NCBI GenBank assembly: GCA_034667725.1
Contig: JAXDQS010000003.1
Span: forward strand, 384,001 to 448,000
Direction of reading: 5' to 3'
Length of the DNA stretch: 64,000 nt
Origin: Thermoplasmata archaeon
GTDB lineage: Archaea; Thermoplasmatota; E2; JACPAO01; JAHFTW01
Shown here piece by piece: positions 18,946-27,821 of the stretch (the first letter of the stretch is position 1; each line of letters opens with the position of its first letter). Below the pieces are notes generated by a model. The model had not been told where the DNA came from. It saw nothing but the letters and a program-made list of their open reading frames with translations, and ran no database searches. The position numbers and the translations under genes were made by a program.

Positions 18946-19296
18946 ATGGCGTCCGGCATCACGCTGTGGGGACGCGCCGGCGAGCCGGACACCGCCGACG
19001 CGTTGCAGTTCCTCAAGCGCCACGGCTACGCCGCCGACGCCGTGCGCGACCTTGCCAAGTCGCCGCCCAGCCCCACGGAGCTGGCGGCCTTGGGCAAGGG
19101 CTTCGGCGGCTCGCTGCTGCCGCTTGTGGCCCCCGGCGCCGCCCCGCCCGCCGGCGACGACGTCGCGGCGTGGCTTGCGGCCGACTGGAGCCGGGCCCGG
19201 AGCCCGGTGCTCTTGACGCCAAAGGGCGCGGTGGCGGGGTTCCGGGAACGGCGGTGGAGCGAGTTCCTGGGGATCACGGGCCGGCAGCGGGGCTGA
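18946..19296 (+). CDS. ArsC/Spx-like thioredoxin-fold protein lacking CxxC
   Basis: ALQFLKRHG; RDLAKSPPSPTEL; RSPVL..AVAGF pattern. Confidence 0.6.
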   Translation: MASGITLWGRAGEPDTADALQFLKRHGYAADAVRDLAKSPPSPTELAALGKGFGGSLLPLVAPGAAPPAGDDVAAWLAADWSRARSPVLLTPKGAVAGFRERRWSEFLGITGRQRG

Positions 19297-19313
19297 GGAA
19301 GGTTCGGTGGTCT

Positions 19314-19470
19314 CGGTGCCCTCGGTGGATTCCCTCTGTGTCTAGTTGCGGTCCGCGACGAGCACTGATTCGCACAGATTCAGAAGATTCCCACAGAACT
19401 CTGCGGAATCCGTGTCCAGTCGGCGGTGAGGCGTCGCCCCACCAATCCACCGAAACCACCAAGGACACCG
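19314..19470. repeat. modular hairpin repeat element, copy 3 (inverted, one full unit)
   Basis: reverse complement of the copy 1 unit; ends CGGTGCCCTCGGTGG and CCACCAAGGACACCG; lies between convergent genes. Confidence 0.85.
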
Positions 19471-19476
19471 AAGGCG

Positions 19477-19767
19477 CTACCAGTTCTGCTTGTCCGCCAC
19501 GTCGTAGTTGCGGATCACCGACAGCGTGCCCCGCTTCGAGATGGCCTTGACCTTGCGCATGTCCTCGGCGGACAGCTCGATGTCCTCGAACTTCAGCACG
19601 TCCTTCTGGCCGCCGCGGCCGGAGGGCAGGTTCATCGCGACCGAGACCACCTTGCCGGAGCCGCGCACGGGGTGGCCGAGCGCCTGGAGGATTTCCAGGG
19701 CCTTGCCGGGCTCGACGTGGTCGAGGACGGTGCCGTTGCGGATGGGGACGATCTTGAACTCCTTCAT
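19477..19767 (-). CDS. pyrI: aspartate carbamoyltransferase regulatory chain, allosteric domain only (96 aa)
   Basis: IRNGTVLDH; MNLPS..KD.LK; TLSVIRNYDV; no Cys at all; overlaps pyrB stop (ATGA). Confidence 0.85.
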   Translation of the reverse strand: MKEFKIVPIRNGTVLDHVEPGKALEILQALGHPVRGSGKVVSVAMNLPSGRGGQKDVLKFEDIELSAEDMRKVKAISKRGTLSVIRNYDVADKQNW

Positions 19768-20645
19768 GCGGCGCGCTCCAGAAGATGGGCGAGGACCGCC
19801 ATCCGGACGGGCACGCCATTCCGGGCTTGGTCAAAATACTTGGCCGCAGGCAGCGCGTCGACGTCGGTCGCGATCTCGCCGACGCGCGGCAGCGGGTGCA
19901 GCACGATGGCCTTGCTGGCGGTGCGCGCAAGCAAATCGGCGTCGACCGTGTAGTGCAGCTTGACGCGCTCGTACTCGGAGGCGTCGGTGAAGCGCTCGCG
20001 CTGGACCCGGGTCATGTAGAGCACGTCGCACTCGCGCGCCGCCGTCTCCAAATCGGTTTCCGGGATGCCGTCGGACAGCTTGGCGGGCAGGCCCAGGCCG
20101 GGGGCCGCGACCGCGACCGGCTTGGCACCGAGGCGGTGCAGCGCAGGGACGAGGCTGTGCACGGTGCGGCCGAACTTCAGGTCCCCGACCAAGGCGACCT
20201 TGAGGCCGCGGACGTCGCCGCACGCCTTCTGCATCGTGTAGACGTCCAGCAGCGTCTGGGTCGGGTGCTCGCCGGGGCCGTCGCCGGCGTTGACGATCGG
20301 CACCGACGAGACCACGGTGGCGGCGCGCGCGGCGCCCTCCTTCGGGTGGCGCATCACGATGAGGTCGGAATACCCGCCCATCATGCGCACCGTGTCCTCC
20401 AGCGACTCGCCCTTCGAGGTGCTGGTGTTGGCCGGGTCGGAGAAGCCGAGGACGCGGGCGCCGAGGCGGTGGGCGGCGGCCTCGAAGCTCAGGCGCGTCC
20501 GGGTCGACGGCTCGAAGAACGCGGTGCAGACGATGCGGTCCACCAGGCGCTCGCGTTGGCCCTGCTGCTCCATCCCGGCCGCCGCCTCCAGGATGCCGCG
20601 CATCTCCTTGTCGGAGAGGTCATGGATGCTGACCAAGTGCTGCAA
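19764..20645 (-). CDS. pyrB: aspartate carbamoyltransferase catalytic chain
   Basis: FFEPSTRTRLSFE; NAGDG..EHPTQ; GDLKFGRTVHS; HPLPR; TTG start at 20645 inferred from QHLVSIHDL. Confidence 0.95.
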   Translation of the reverse strand: MQHLVSIHDLSDKEMRGILEAAAGMEQQGQRERLVDRIVCTAFFEPSTRTRLSFEAAAHRLGARVLGFSDPANTSTSKGESLEDTVRMMGGYSDLIVMRHPKEGAARAATVVSSVPIVNAGDGPGEHPTQTLLDVYTMQKACGDVRGLKVALVGDLKFGRTVHSLVPALHRLGAKPVAVAAPGLGLPAKLSDGIPETDLETAARECDVLYMTRVQRERFTDASEYERVKLHYTVDADLLARTASKAIVLHPLPRVGEIATDVDALPAAKYFDQARNGVPVRMAVLAHLLERAA

Positions 20646-20646
20646 G

Positions 20647-20719
20647 TAGCCCCGACCGGATTCGAACCGATGCCAAAAGCTCCAGAGGCTCCTATCCTTG
20701 ACCACTAGACTACGGGGCT
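20647..20719 (-). tRNA. tRNA-Gln (anticodon CTG)
   Basis: AGCCCCG/CGGGGCT acceptor with A1-U72; GGAGC-ctCTGga-GCTTT; GGTTCGAATCC; no CCA. Confidence 0.93.
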
Positions 20720-21116
20720 GAGTGTCTCTCTTTGGTGCGTATCCATACGGTGTTGGGCAGCTCTGGACGCTGTCCATGGACACGGGGAGAAGGGACAGGT
20801 GCCGGCGACTCGGCCCCGCTACATAAACCGGACGGGAAACCGATGACCGCCAGCCAGCACAGCACCACGAAGAACACCGACGCCGCCCTCGCCCGCTTCA
20901 GCGACGCCAACCGCGCCTTCATGCGGACCTTCATCCAACTGCGCCGCCACAGAGGTTCCCCGGATTGGGGGTTACGGCAAGGCTGGAAGCGTCCTGGTCG
21001 AGGAAGACGTGATCGACATGGACCCTCAGCATTCGGGCCGTGGGGCCGTGGCGACCATGGCAAGGGGCCCGGCCTGGCTGCCGCCTTGTGGGAGCCAGGG
21101 CCGGGCAGGCCTTTGT

Positions 21117-22202
21117 CTAGGCGACCAAGGAGCCGTCGGTGGCGTCGATGACGAAGACGCCGCCCAGCCGCTGCTGGCTGGCCGTGATGCGCCACAAGGG
21201 GTGGGGGTTCGTCGTGCGCTTCGTGAGCGTGTACTGGCTCCAGACTCCCGGAGCCACGCCCGCGGCCGCCATCGCGTCGTCGGCGTCCATGTAGGTGCCG
21301 CTGAGCTGCATGGCGGTGTACTCGTCGGCCGTCCAGTAGGTGGTCAGCGAGTCCCCCTTCACGGGGACGAGCCCGCCGACCAGGATGATGGGGTACGTCT
21401 CGCCGGTGTTGGCGTTGTGGTAGATGAGCACCCACTGCACGGCCTTGCCGTCGCCGGGGAACAGGTCGGGGGCGAAGAGCAGGGAGTCCAGGTCGTGGTA
21501 GTTGAGGTACACCTCAATGGAGCCGCCCAGTTGGCTCTCCACGGTCGTGACCTCCACCAGCTGGTCGCCTGGCAGAAGCAGGCCGGGGGAGGCCTCCACC
21601 GTCGTGATGGCGGTGTCCATGTCGATCTCCGCGGACGGCACGAGCGCCGTGACCGTGCCTAGGAAGGCATCGACGTAGATGGTCGAGGGCGTGCCCACCG
21701 CGGGCATGAACACGATCTGCCAGACGTCCAGCGTCCCCACCTTGGAGAGCCAGTAGTTGATGGTGTCCCCGACCGTGGGCGTGGCCAAGGAGGCCTTCAG
21801 GGCCGTGACGGCGGCCTTGAGCGCCGCCGCCGAGCCGACCGTCACCGTCGGGCTCACGGGCTGGACGTAGAGCTGGTAGTCCATCGCCGCAGGCAGGTCC
21901 TGCTCGGCGGTCGTGCCATCGGCGAAGACGTCCACGAGGTGGAACGCCTGGTGCTCGGGGACGTAGTAGCCGATGGTCCACTTCTGGAGGGCGCCGTCCG
22001 CGACGCCGGCGCCGGTGAAGCTGGTGTAGCCTTCGGAGCCGGAGACGTAGACGAGCTGCGCTGTGCCGGGGAGGAGGGCGCGGACCATGTCGAGCGCCGT
22101 CTCGGCGTCGATCTGGACCACGGCAAGCGGGGCGTTGGCCGGGCTCATGCAGCCGGCCACGAGGACGGCCGCGAGGGCCGCGACAAGGGTTTTGGTGTTC
22201 AT
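21117..22202 (-). CDS. lipoprotein with PepSY-like repeats
   Basis: lipobox LVAGC; internal duplication; VWQIVF..IYVDAFLGTV and LWRIT..FVIDATDGSL. Confidence 0.75.
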   Translation of the reverse strand: MNTKTLVAALAAVLVAGCMSPANAPLAVVQIDAETALDMVRALLPGTAQLVYVSGSEGYTSFTGAGVADGALQKWTIGYYVPEHQAFHLVDVFADGTTAEQDLPAAMDYQLYVQPVSPTVTVGSAAALKAAVTALKASLATPTVGDTINYWLSKVGTLDVWQIVFMPAVGTPSTIYVDAFLGTVTALVPSAEIDMDTAITTVEASPGLLLPGDQLVEVTTVESQLGGSIEVYLNYHDLDSLLFAPDLFPGDGKAVQWVLIYHNANTGETYPIILVGGLVPVKGDSLTTYWTADEYTAMQLSGTYMDADDAMAAAGVAPGVWSQYTLTKRTTNPHPLWRITASQQRLGGVFVIDATDGSLVA

Positions 22203-22204
22203 GT

Positions 22205-25200
22205 TCAGCACCCCGTGCAGGTGGGGATGTAACGGACTGCGTCGAACGGCCCGGCCGCCGCGGCCGTGGCGGTGTAGGCCCCGTCCCAACCGGCGCGGTT
22301 GCTCACGCTGCCGGCCGACCCGTCGAGGTCGAAGTCAAGCTCTTTCGCGTAGGCGCTGCCGGCCGGCCACGTGTTGTCGTGGTAGTGATCAAAAATCATG
22401 CGCCACGTGGAGGGCGCAATGTTCGGCGCAGGGGCGTCCTTGAAGCGGTAACCGTCCAGGTACGCGGCCACGTCCGCGTACGCTGTCGCGTACCCTGGCG
22501 CCCCCGGCATCAAACCGGTCTGCTCCGGCGTGTAGGCGGTCCCGGCCGGCTCGTTGTACGCCGCGCCGTAGAAGCGCCACTGGATGGCGTCTTGGTTGCA
22601 TGGGCCGCCGGCAGCGTAGTCCGCGTCGCGCGAGAACTCGGTCGCGTCGCGGGGGTTGGGGATTGCGGATGCGCCCATGATGCTGGGCGGGCACCAAGCG
22701 CCGCATTGTCCGTGGCCTCCATTATCGAACTGCACGTATTCCTCGTGCAGGAAGAAGGCGAAATGGCCCCACTCGTGGACAAGCATGTTGGGCCAGATGT
22801 CATCGCCGGGGTTGTGGCCGTTGACCAGGTAAGGCATCTCGATGGGTGCGTCGTTCCCGCCACTTTGGATGCCTCCAAACCATGCGGTCCCTGCCTCAAA
22901 TCCGCCGCCAGTGCAGGAGCCAGTGGAATCGGTGTTGGTGCCGGTCCAGATGCGCACGTCCGCATCGTCCCACTCGCCGGTGGAGGCCGACATTTGGACC
23001 TTGACGGGGCCGAACAGGAACCTGCCATCCGTGAGGTCCCACAGGAGGTCGTTGGCCTGCTGGACGGCCTCTTTGAGGCTCGCTTTCCAAGTGGCGTCTC
23101 CCGGGCCGTTCACGGCGATGGTCAGGGGCATGGCGTTGACGTCCTTCCACAGCGGGTCGAGGCCCAGCTTGTACTCCTGGAGGTTCGTGAGGCCGTCGCC
23201 TTGGGCAACGCTGGAGGTCCGGTGGATATCGATGTCGTCGCCGTCGTCGGGGGTGAAGGGCGTCAGGTCGGTCCAGAACTGGCCGAGGGTGGCGGTGGGC
23301 CGCCGGTCGTACTCGTAGTAGAACGGCAGGAAGTCGCCGTCGGCGCCCGCGGCGCCGCTGGCCCCGCCTTGGAAGGCGTGGAACCAGACCTCGCCCTCGT
23401 CGGAGCCGGACGGCATGCCGTCCTCGGCGCCGCTGCAGTGGCCATAGCCGTTGGGGTCGAAGTAGGAGGTGCCGCCGCCGCGGGGCTCGTCGTCGCCGTA
23501 CCATTCGCCGCTCCATGGGTCGTAGACGATGACGCACTCGCTGTTGGAGACCGAGATGTCCATCTGGTCGTCGGCGCCCGAGACGCCGCTGTCGACGTCG
23601 ATGAGGTCGATGTGGACCACGGAGTAGGCGTCATCCGGGGTGTCGAAGACGAAGTCCTTCTGGAAGTCGCGCCGCGTCGGCGTGTTGTCCACGCTGTCGC
23701 CCTCGTTGTCCTGGGTGGCGACGCCGACGACCTCGACCTTGTAGTAGGCGTCGATCTCGGAGCCGTCGTCGACGGTGTGGCTCAGGTCCTGGAAGCCCAG
23801 CATGCGGATGGTGACGGACAGCTTGGTCTGCGGGTCGGCGTCGTGGCGGTCGTTGACGCCGTCGCCGTCGCGGTCCACCGCGAGCAGCGCCGTCGTCATG
23901 GTGCCGGAGGCGAGCTGGGCCTTGTTGGTCGGGTAGGTGCCCAGGTCGTAGGCCTCGTACTTGTCCCCCAAGCCGTCGCCGTCCGAGTCCCATCGGTTGG
24001 GGTCGGTGAAGAACTTTCCAATGGTCGGGAACATGTCCGCGGGGGTCGCGCCAGGGCCGTGCGGCGGGTTCCAGCCTTGGTCCTCCTCGTGGTCCATGAG
24101 GCCGTCGCCATCCGTGTCGGGGTTGGTAGGGTTGGTGCCAATCTGGCCCTCGCGACAGTTGCCGAGCAGGTCGGTGTCGGTGTTGGCGTTGGTCACGGTG
24201 ACCGTGCGCTGGAAGGGCGCGGAGCTGGCGCCGCTGGGGTCCTTCGCGACCAAGCGGATGTTGAAGTCGCGGCTGGGCGGGGGCGGGCAGGCGTAGTCGT
24301 GGGTGGCGGTCGGGCCGGGGGAGGAGCTGCCGTCGTCCCAGTTCCACGTGAACGTCAGCGTCGAGGTAGGGTCGTCGGCGTCCTTGGTCACGTCGGGTGC
24401 GTAGTTGACGGCATCCACGCTGACCTTGTAGCCGCCAATGCCCGTCTGGCTCACGACGCGGAAGTTTGCCACCGGCGGGTCGTTGACGGCGGCGATGGTC
24501 AGGGTCACGGTCCCGACGTTGCTGCACAGCGAGCCGGCGCAGGCCTTGAAGGTGAAGCTGTCGGCGCCGTTGTAGTTGGCCGTCGGCGTGTAGGTCCGCG
24601 TCGCGCCGGAGCCCGACACGGTCCCGTAGTAGGGGTTCCGGACGATGCTGTAGGTGGCCGTGGCCGCCGAGGTGGCCGACAGGGTCATCGTCTTCGAAGT
24701 GTCCTCGTTGAGGGTGTAGGCCCCGTCATGCGCGACCGGCGCGGTGGGCGAGGGGGGTGGCGCCGAGGTGGTGGTCGTCGAGGGCGGGCCGTAGCAGAAG
24801 GTGCAGGGGGAGCTGCCGCCTGCGCCCGAGGAGCTGCCGGTCGTCCAGCTCACCGCGACGTTGTCGGTGTAGCCGATGACGGCGGGGGTGATGGAGCCGC
24901 CGTAGCCGTAGGTCGTGACGCCGACCTTGGTGAAGGAGAAGTCCGACGACGACGTCACCGTGTAGGATCCGGACCCGCAGGTCGTGCTGCCCTCGTCCAG
25001 CGCCAGCGTCATCACGCGAGAACTGGGGCTGTAGGTCATCCGGAAGGTGTAGGTTGGGCCTGACAGCGAGGTCGGGGTGCAGTGGGCGTGGATGCGCTGG
25101 TTGCCGTAACGATCGATGTAGCCCAAGTGGTACACTGGGAGGGCGGAGGGCGATCCGGACTCGTACCAGAGGTAGGCCGCGTTGCCGTCCTCGATGGGGG

Positions 25201-26785
25201 CGGAGGTCGAGGAGCCGCCGATGAAGATGGGAATGGCGAACTGGCCGTCGCCGTGCTGGGTGGTCCGCCAGGTGGCGCTCATGCTGATGGTCTGCGCCGT
25301 CGTGAGCGTGGAGCCCAGCGACCGGCTGACGACCTCGTCCCAGGGGTCGTCCTTGTAGGACATCACCCGCAGCGCCTTCGCGGACGAGCTCCACGAGATT
25401 TCGCTGTAGGTCTGGTAGGCCTCCTTGGTGAAGCCGTCCGCGCTGCTGGCGAAGCTGGCGGTCATGGTGCTGAAGTGCGGCATCTCGACGTAGTAGGCGT
25501 CGTCGTCCTCGGTGAACGGCAGGACGTGGCCGTCGTCGTTGGTGAAGCGGACGCTCCACAGGCCCATGCCGTCGAGCCACTTCCGGTTGAGGCGGACCTG
25601 CTGGCCGGAGTGGTCCACGCCGTCGAAGCCCAGCACGAGGTTGCCCGCGGGGGGCGCGGCCACCAAGGTGCGGGTGGCGGGCGGGGACGGGAAGGCCTCG
25701 TTGGAGATGTCGAGGCGGGTGTCCGGCGGCGACGAGGGCGCGGCCGGCATGGACAGGAGGCTGATTTTCATGGCGCGGTCGGCGAGCTGGACCGACGCCG
25801 TGGAGCCCAGCGTGTACGCGCCGGCCGGGCCGCCAAAGGGGGACGAGACGTACAGCCAGGAGGAGGAGCTCGGGGAGTCGAAGAAGCGCAGGAACGTCGT
25901 GCCGATGCTGGGGAGCACCTCGAAGGCATGGGCAGAGGCCAACGACAGGGAGGGCGGGACCACGATGGCGGCGAGGTCGTAGAGCTGGACGTCGGGGCTG
26001 CTGGGCACGAGGCCGCGCATGGCGCCGCTGGCGGCGAGCTGCTGGGCCGCCTGCCAAGCCTGGTCGGGCAGGTGCTGGACCATGCCGATGGCGGCCTGGC
26101 CGGGCACGTCGGAGGGAATCTCGACCGCGCCGTTGACCGTCGTGATCTCGACGTGGGCGGCGGCCTCGAAGACCGCGGCCTTGACGTCCAAGGGCATCGT
26201 GTATTCGATGGCGGCGGGCCCGCGCACCATGGGGACGACGGCGCGCTGCTGCAGCAGGTTGTCGCCCTCGGAGACCTCGGTGGCCTCGTTGGCCGAGTCC
26301 GCAAAGGCCTCGAAACTGTGCAGGCCGGGATGCCAGGTGGGCCACTGGACGGGGACGGCCTGGGAGGCCCCGGCGGGGATCGTGATGTCGGGAACCGTGG
26401 CAATGAAGATCGCCGGGCCGACCACGGGATAGACCGAGAACCGGACATCGATGCCGACCGCGGCCTGGAAGCCATCGTTGGCCACCTCGGCCAGGACGGC
26501 GACGCCTGCGGCCGTCTGGCGCAGCTCGATGCCGCGCACGGCCAGGTTGGGGCCCGTCGTGGCGGCCGCGGCCAGCTCCTCCAGCGTGGGCACCGGGGGC
26601 GCATCGACCGACGGCTGGAGGCCGAGCAGGTTCTGCTCCTGGCCCTCGAGGAAGCGGGGGGCGTCCTGGACCTCACGGGCCACATCGTCGGGGCTGATGG
26701 CGTTCGCGAACGACGGGACGCACATCAGAAACAACAGGATGCAAGCAACGGCGACGCGCCGCGACGAGGGCGGAAGGGACGGCAT
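22205..26785 (-). CDS. large secreted multidomain protein: CARDB, Ig-like, PKD, Ca-binding DxDGDG repeats, C-terminal CLCA-like zinc metalloprotease
   Basis: signal peptide; ADSANEATEVSEGDN; LNEDT..YTPTANYNGADSF; FTWNWDDG; DTDGDGL; VHEWGHFAFFLHEEY. Confidence 0.85.
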   Translation of the reverse strand: MPSLPPSSRRVAVACILLFLMCVPSFANAISPDDVAREVQDAPRFLEGQEQNLLGLQPSVDAPPVPTLEELAAAATTGPNLAVRGIELRQTAAGVAVLAEVANDGFQAAVGIDVRFSVYPVVGPAIFIATVPDITIPAGASQAVPVQWPTWHPGLHSFEAFADSANEATEVSEGDNLLQQRAVVPMVRGPAAIEYTMPLDVKAAVFEAAAHVEITTVNGAVEIPSDVPGQAAIGMVQHLPDQAWQAAQQLAASGAMRGLVPSSPDVQLYDLAAIVVPPSLSLASAHAFEVLPSIGTTFLRFFDSPSSSSWLYVSSPFGGPAGAYTLGSTASVQLADRAMKISLLSMPAAPSSPPDTRLDISNEAFPSPPATRTLVAAPPAGNLVLGFDGVDHSGQQVRLNRKWLDGMGLWSVRFTNDDGHVLPFTEDDDAYYVEMPHFSTMTASFASSADGFTKEAYQTYSEISWSSSAKALRVMSYKDDPWDEVVSRSLGSTLTTAQTISMSATWRTTQHGDGQFAIPIFIGGSSTSAPIEDGNAAYLWYESGSPSALPVYHLGYIDRYGNQRIHAHCTPTSLSGPTYTFRMTYSPSSRVMTLALDEGSTTCGSGSYTVTSSSDFSFTKVGVTTYGYGGSITPAVIGYTDNVAVSWTTGSSSGAGGSSPCTFCYGPPSTTTTSAPPPSPTAPVAHDGAYTLNEDTSKTMTLSATSAATATYSIVRNPYYGTVSGSGATRTYTPTANYNGADSFTFKACAGSLCSNVGTVTLTIAAVNDPPVANFRVVSQTGIGGYKVSVDAVNYAPDVTKDADDPTSTLTFTWNWDDGSSSPGPTATHDYACPPPPSRDFNIRLVAKDPSGASSAPFQRTVTVTNANTDTDLLGNCREGQIGTNPTNPDTDGDGLMDHEEDQGWNPPHGPGATPADMFPTIGKFFTDPNRWDSDGDGLGDKYEAYDLGTYPTNKAQLASGTMTTALLAVDRDGDGVNDRHDADPQTKLSVTIRMLGFQDLSHTVDDGSEIDAYYKVEVVGVATQDNEGDSVDNTPTRRDFQKDFVFDTPDDAYSVVHIDLIDVDSGVSGADDQMDISVSNSECVIVYDPWSGEWYGDDEPRGGGTSYFDPNGYGHCSGAEDGMPSGSDEGEVWFHAFQGGASGAAGADGDFLPFYYEYDRRPTATLGQFWTDLTPFTPDDGDDIDIHRTSSVAQGDGLTNLQEYKLGLDPLWKDVNAMPLTIAVNGPGDATWKASLKEAVQQANDLLWDLTDGRFLFGPVKVQMSASTGEWDDADVRIWTGTNTDSTGSCTGGGFEAGTAWFGGIQSGGNDAPIEMPYLVNGHNPGDDIWPNMLVHEWGHFAFFLHEEYVQFDNGGHGQCGAWCPPSIMGASAIPNPRDATEFSRDADYAAGGPCNQDAIQWRFYGAAYNEPAGTAYTPEQTGLMPGAPGYATAYADVAAYLDGYRFKDAPAPNIAPSTWRMIFDHYHDNTWPAGSAYAKELDFDLDGSAGSVSNRAGWDGAYTATAAAAGPFDAVRYIPTCTGC

Positions 26786-26961
26786 CGCGCCAACGACTCT
26801 GCGGGCTTACTTCAGGCTTGGTGTCGCTTTGTTCCTCCGCAACGGCAAAGCTGGCGCAGTAGGCTTGCCGTCTCTGCGGCCTGCCCGAGAGCACCAAGGC
26901 CTGCCAGGTCCGCTCGTCCGGGCCCGGGCTCCCTTTCCCCGCTCCCATTTCCCCGACCGAG

Positions 26962-27035
26962 TGGGCCCGGCCGGAATCGAACCGGCGGCCTGCGCTTTGT
27001 AAGAGCGCCGTCATGGACCGCTAGACCACGGGCCC
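26962..27035 (-). tRNA. tRNA-Val (anticodon TAC)
   Basis: GGGCCCG/CGGGCCC acceptor; GCGCT-ctTACaa-AGCGC; GGTTCGATTCC; TTTTAT box about 27 nt upstream. Confidence 0.95.
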
Positions 27036-27076
27036 GCGCTCGCGGCACCTGGCCGGCGCGATAAAACGCGGCCGGG

Positions 27077-27738
27077 TCAGGCGCGGCGGGCCGCGGCGGG
27101 CTCCTTGGCGGGCTCCAGCGCGTGGGTGGCGGGGCCGCGCCGCACCTTGCCGTCGGGCGCGAAGCGCGACCCGTGGCACGGGCAGTCCCAGCTTTGCTTC
27201 GCCGTGTTCCAGCCGACGATGCAGCCCATGTGGGAGCAGGCGGCGGACACGGCGTGCAAGGCGCCGTCGCGGCTCCGGCAGACCGCGACCTTGTCGAGGC
27301 CGTGGTTCATGACGCGGCCTTCGCCGGGCGCCAGCTCGCCGGCCAGGTGGTGCTGGAGGCGCTGCCCGACGAGGCCTTCGAGGCTTTTCCCGGCCTCGCG
27401 GTAGAGGGCGGGGCGGGCAAGCTGCTTGAGGGCGCGGGCGGCGTGGAACGGGCCGTACGGCTCGCCCCAGGGGCTCTTGTCCTTGAGGACGAGGTCCGTG
27501 AGGATCATGGCGGCGAAGGTGCCTTGCGTCATGCCCCTGTGACCCCTTCGAGGATGTGGCCGCGGTCCACCAGCACGACCGACTTGCCCTCCCGCGCCAG
27601 CAGGTAGGCGGCGGTGACGCCGACGATGCCGGCCCCGACGATGGCGACGTCCGCCTCCGCCATGCCCGAAAGCGGCGGCCGCGGGCCGGAGGGCGCGGTC
27701 GCGATCCACAGCGATTTGTGGGCGCCAGGGAGCTCCAC
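27077..27738 (-). pseudogene. internally deleted, frameshifted FAD oxidoreductase-Rieske fusion (YhfW-like)
   Basis: N-terminal SLW..DVAIVGAGIVG..EGVTG stops at 27529; C-terminal GMTQGT..CSHMGC..WDCPCHGSRF continues in another frame. Confidence 0.8.
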
Positions 27739-27821
27739 GCCACCGCCCCCTTCGGTCCAATATCGGCGGCCCGATCGCGGCAAAAAAGGTCATGTCGGCA
27801 GCCCCCTTTGCGCCCTGGTCC

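Noticed and set aside
19764-20783. pyrB start at 20783 as in the ORF track
   Set aside because: The extension reads through the tRNA-Gln gene; PyrB similarity begins at 20645
20843-21151. possible small plus-strand CDS (MTASQHSTTK..)
   Set aside because: The first 35 codons look coding and a TATA-like box precedes it, but the rest is Arg/Gly/Pro-rich and overlaps the next gene; not enough support
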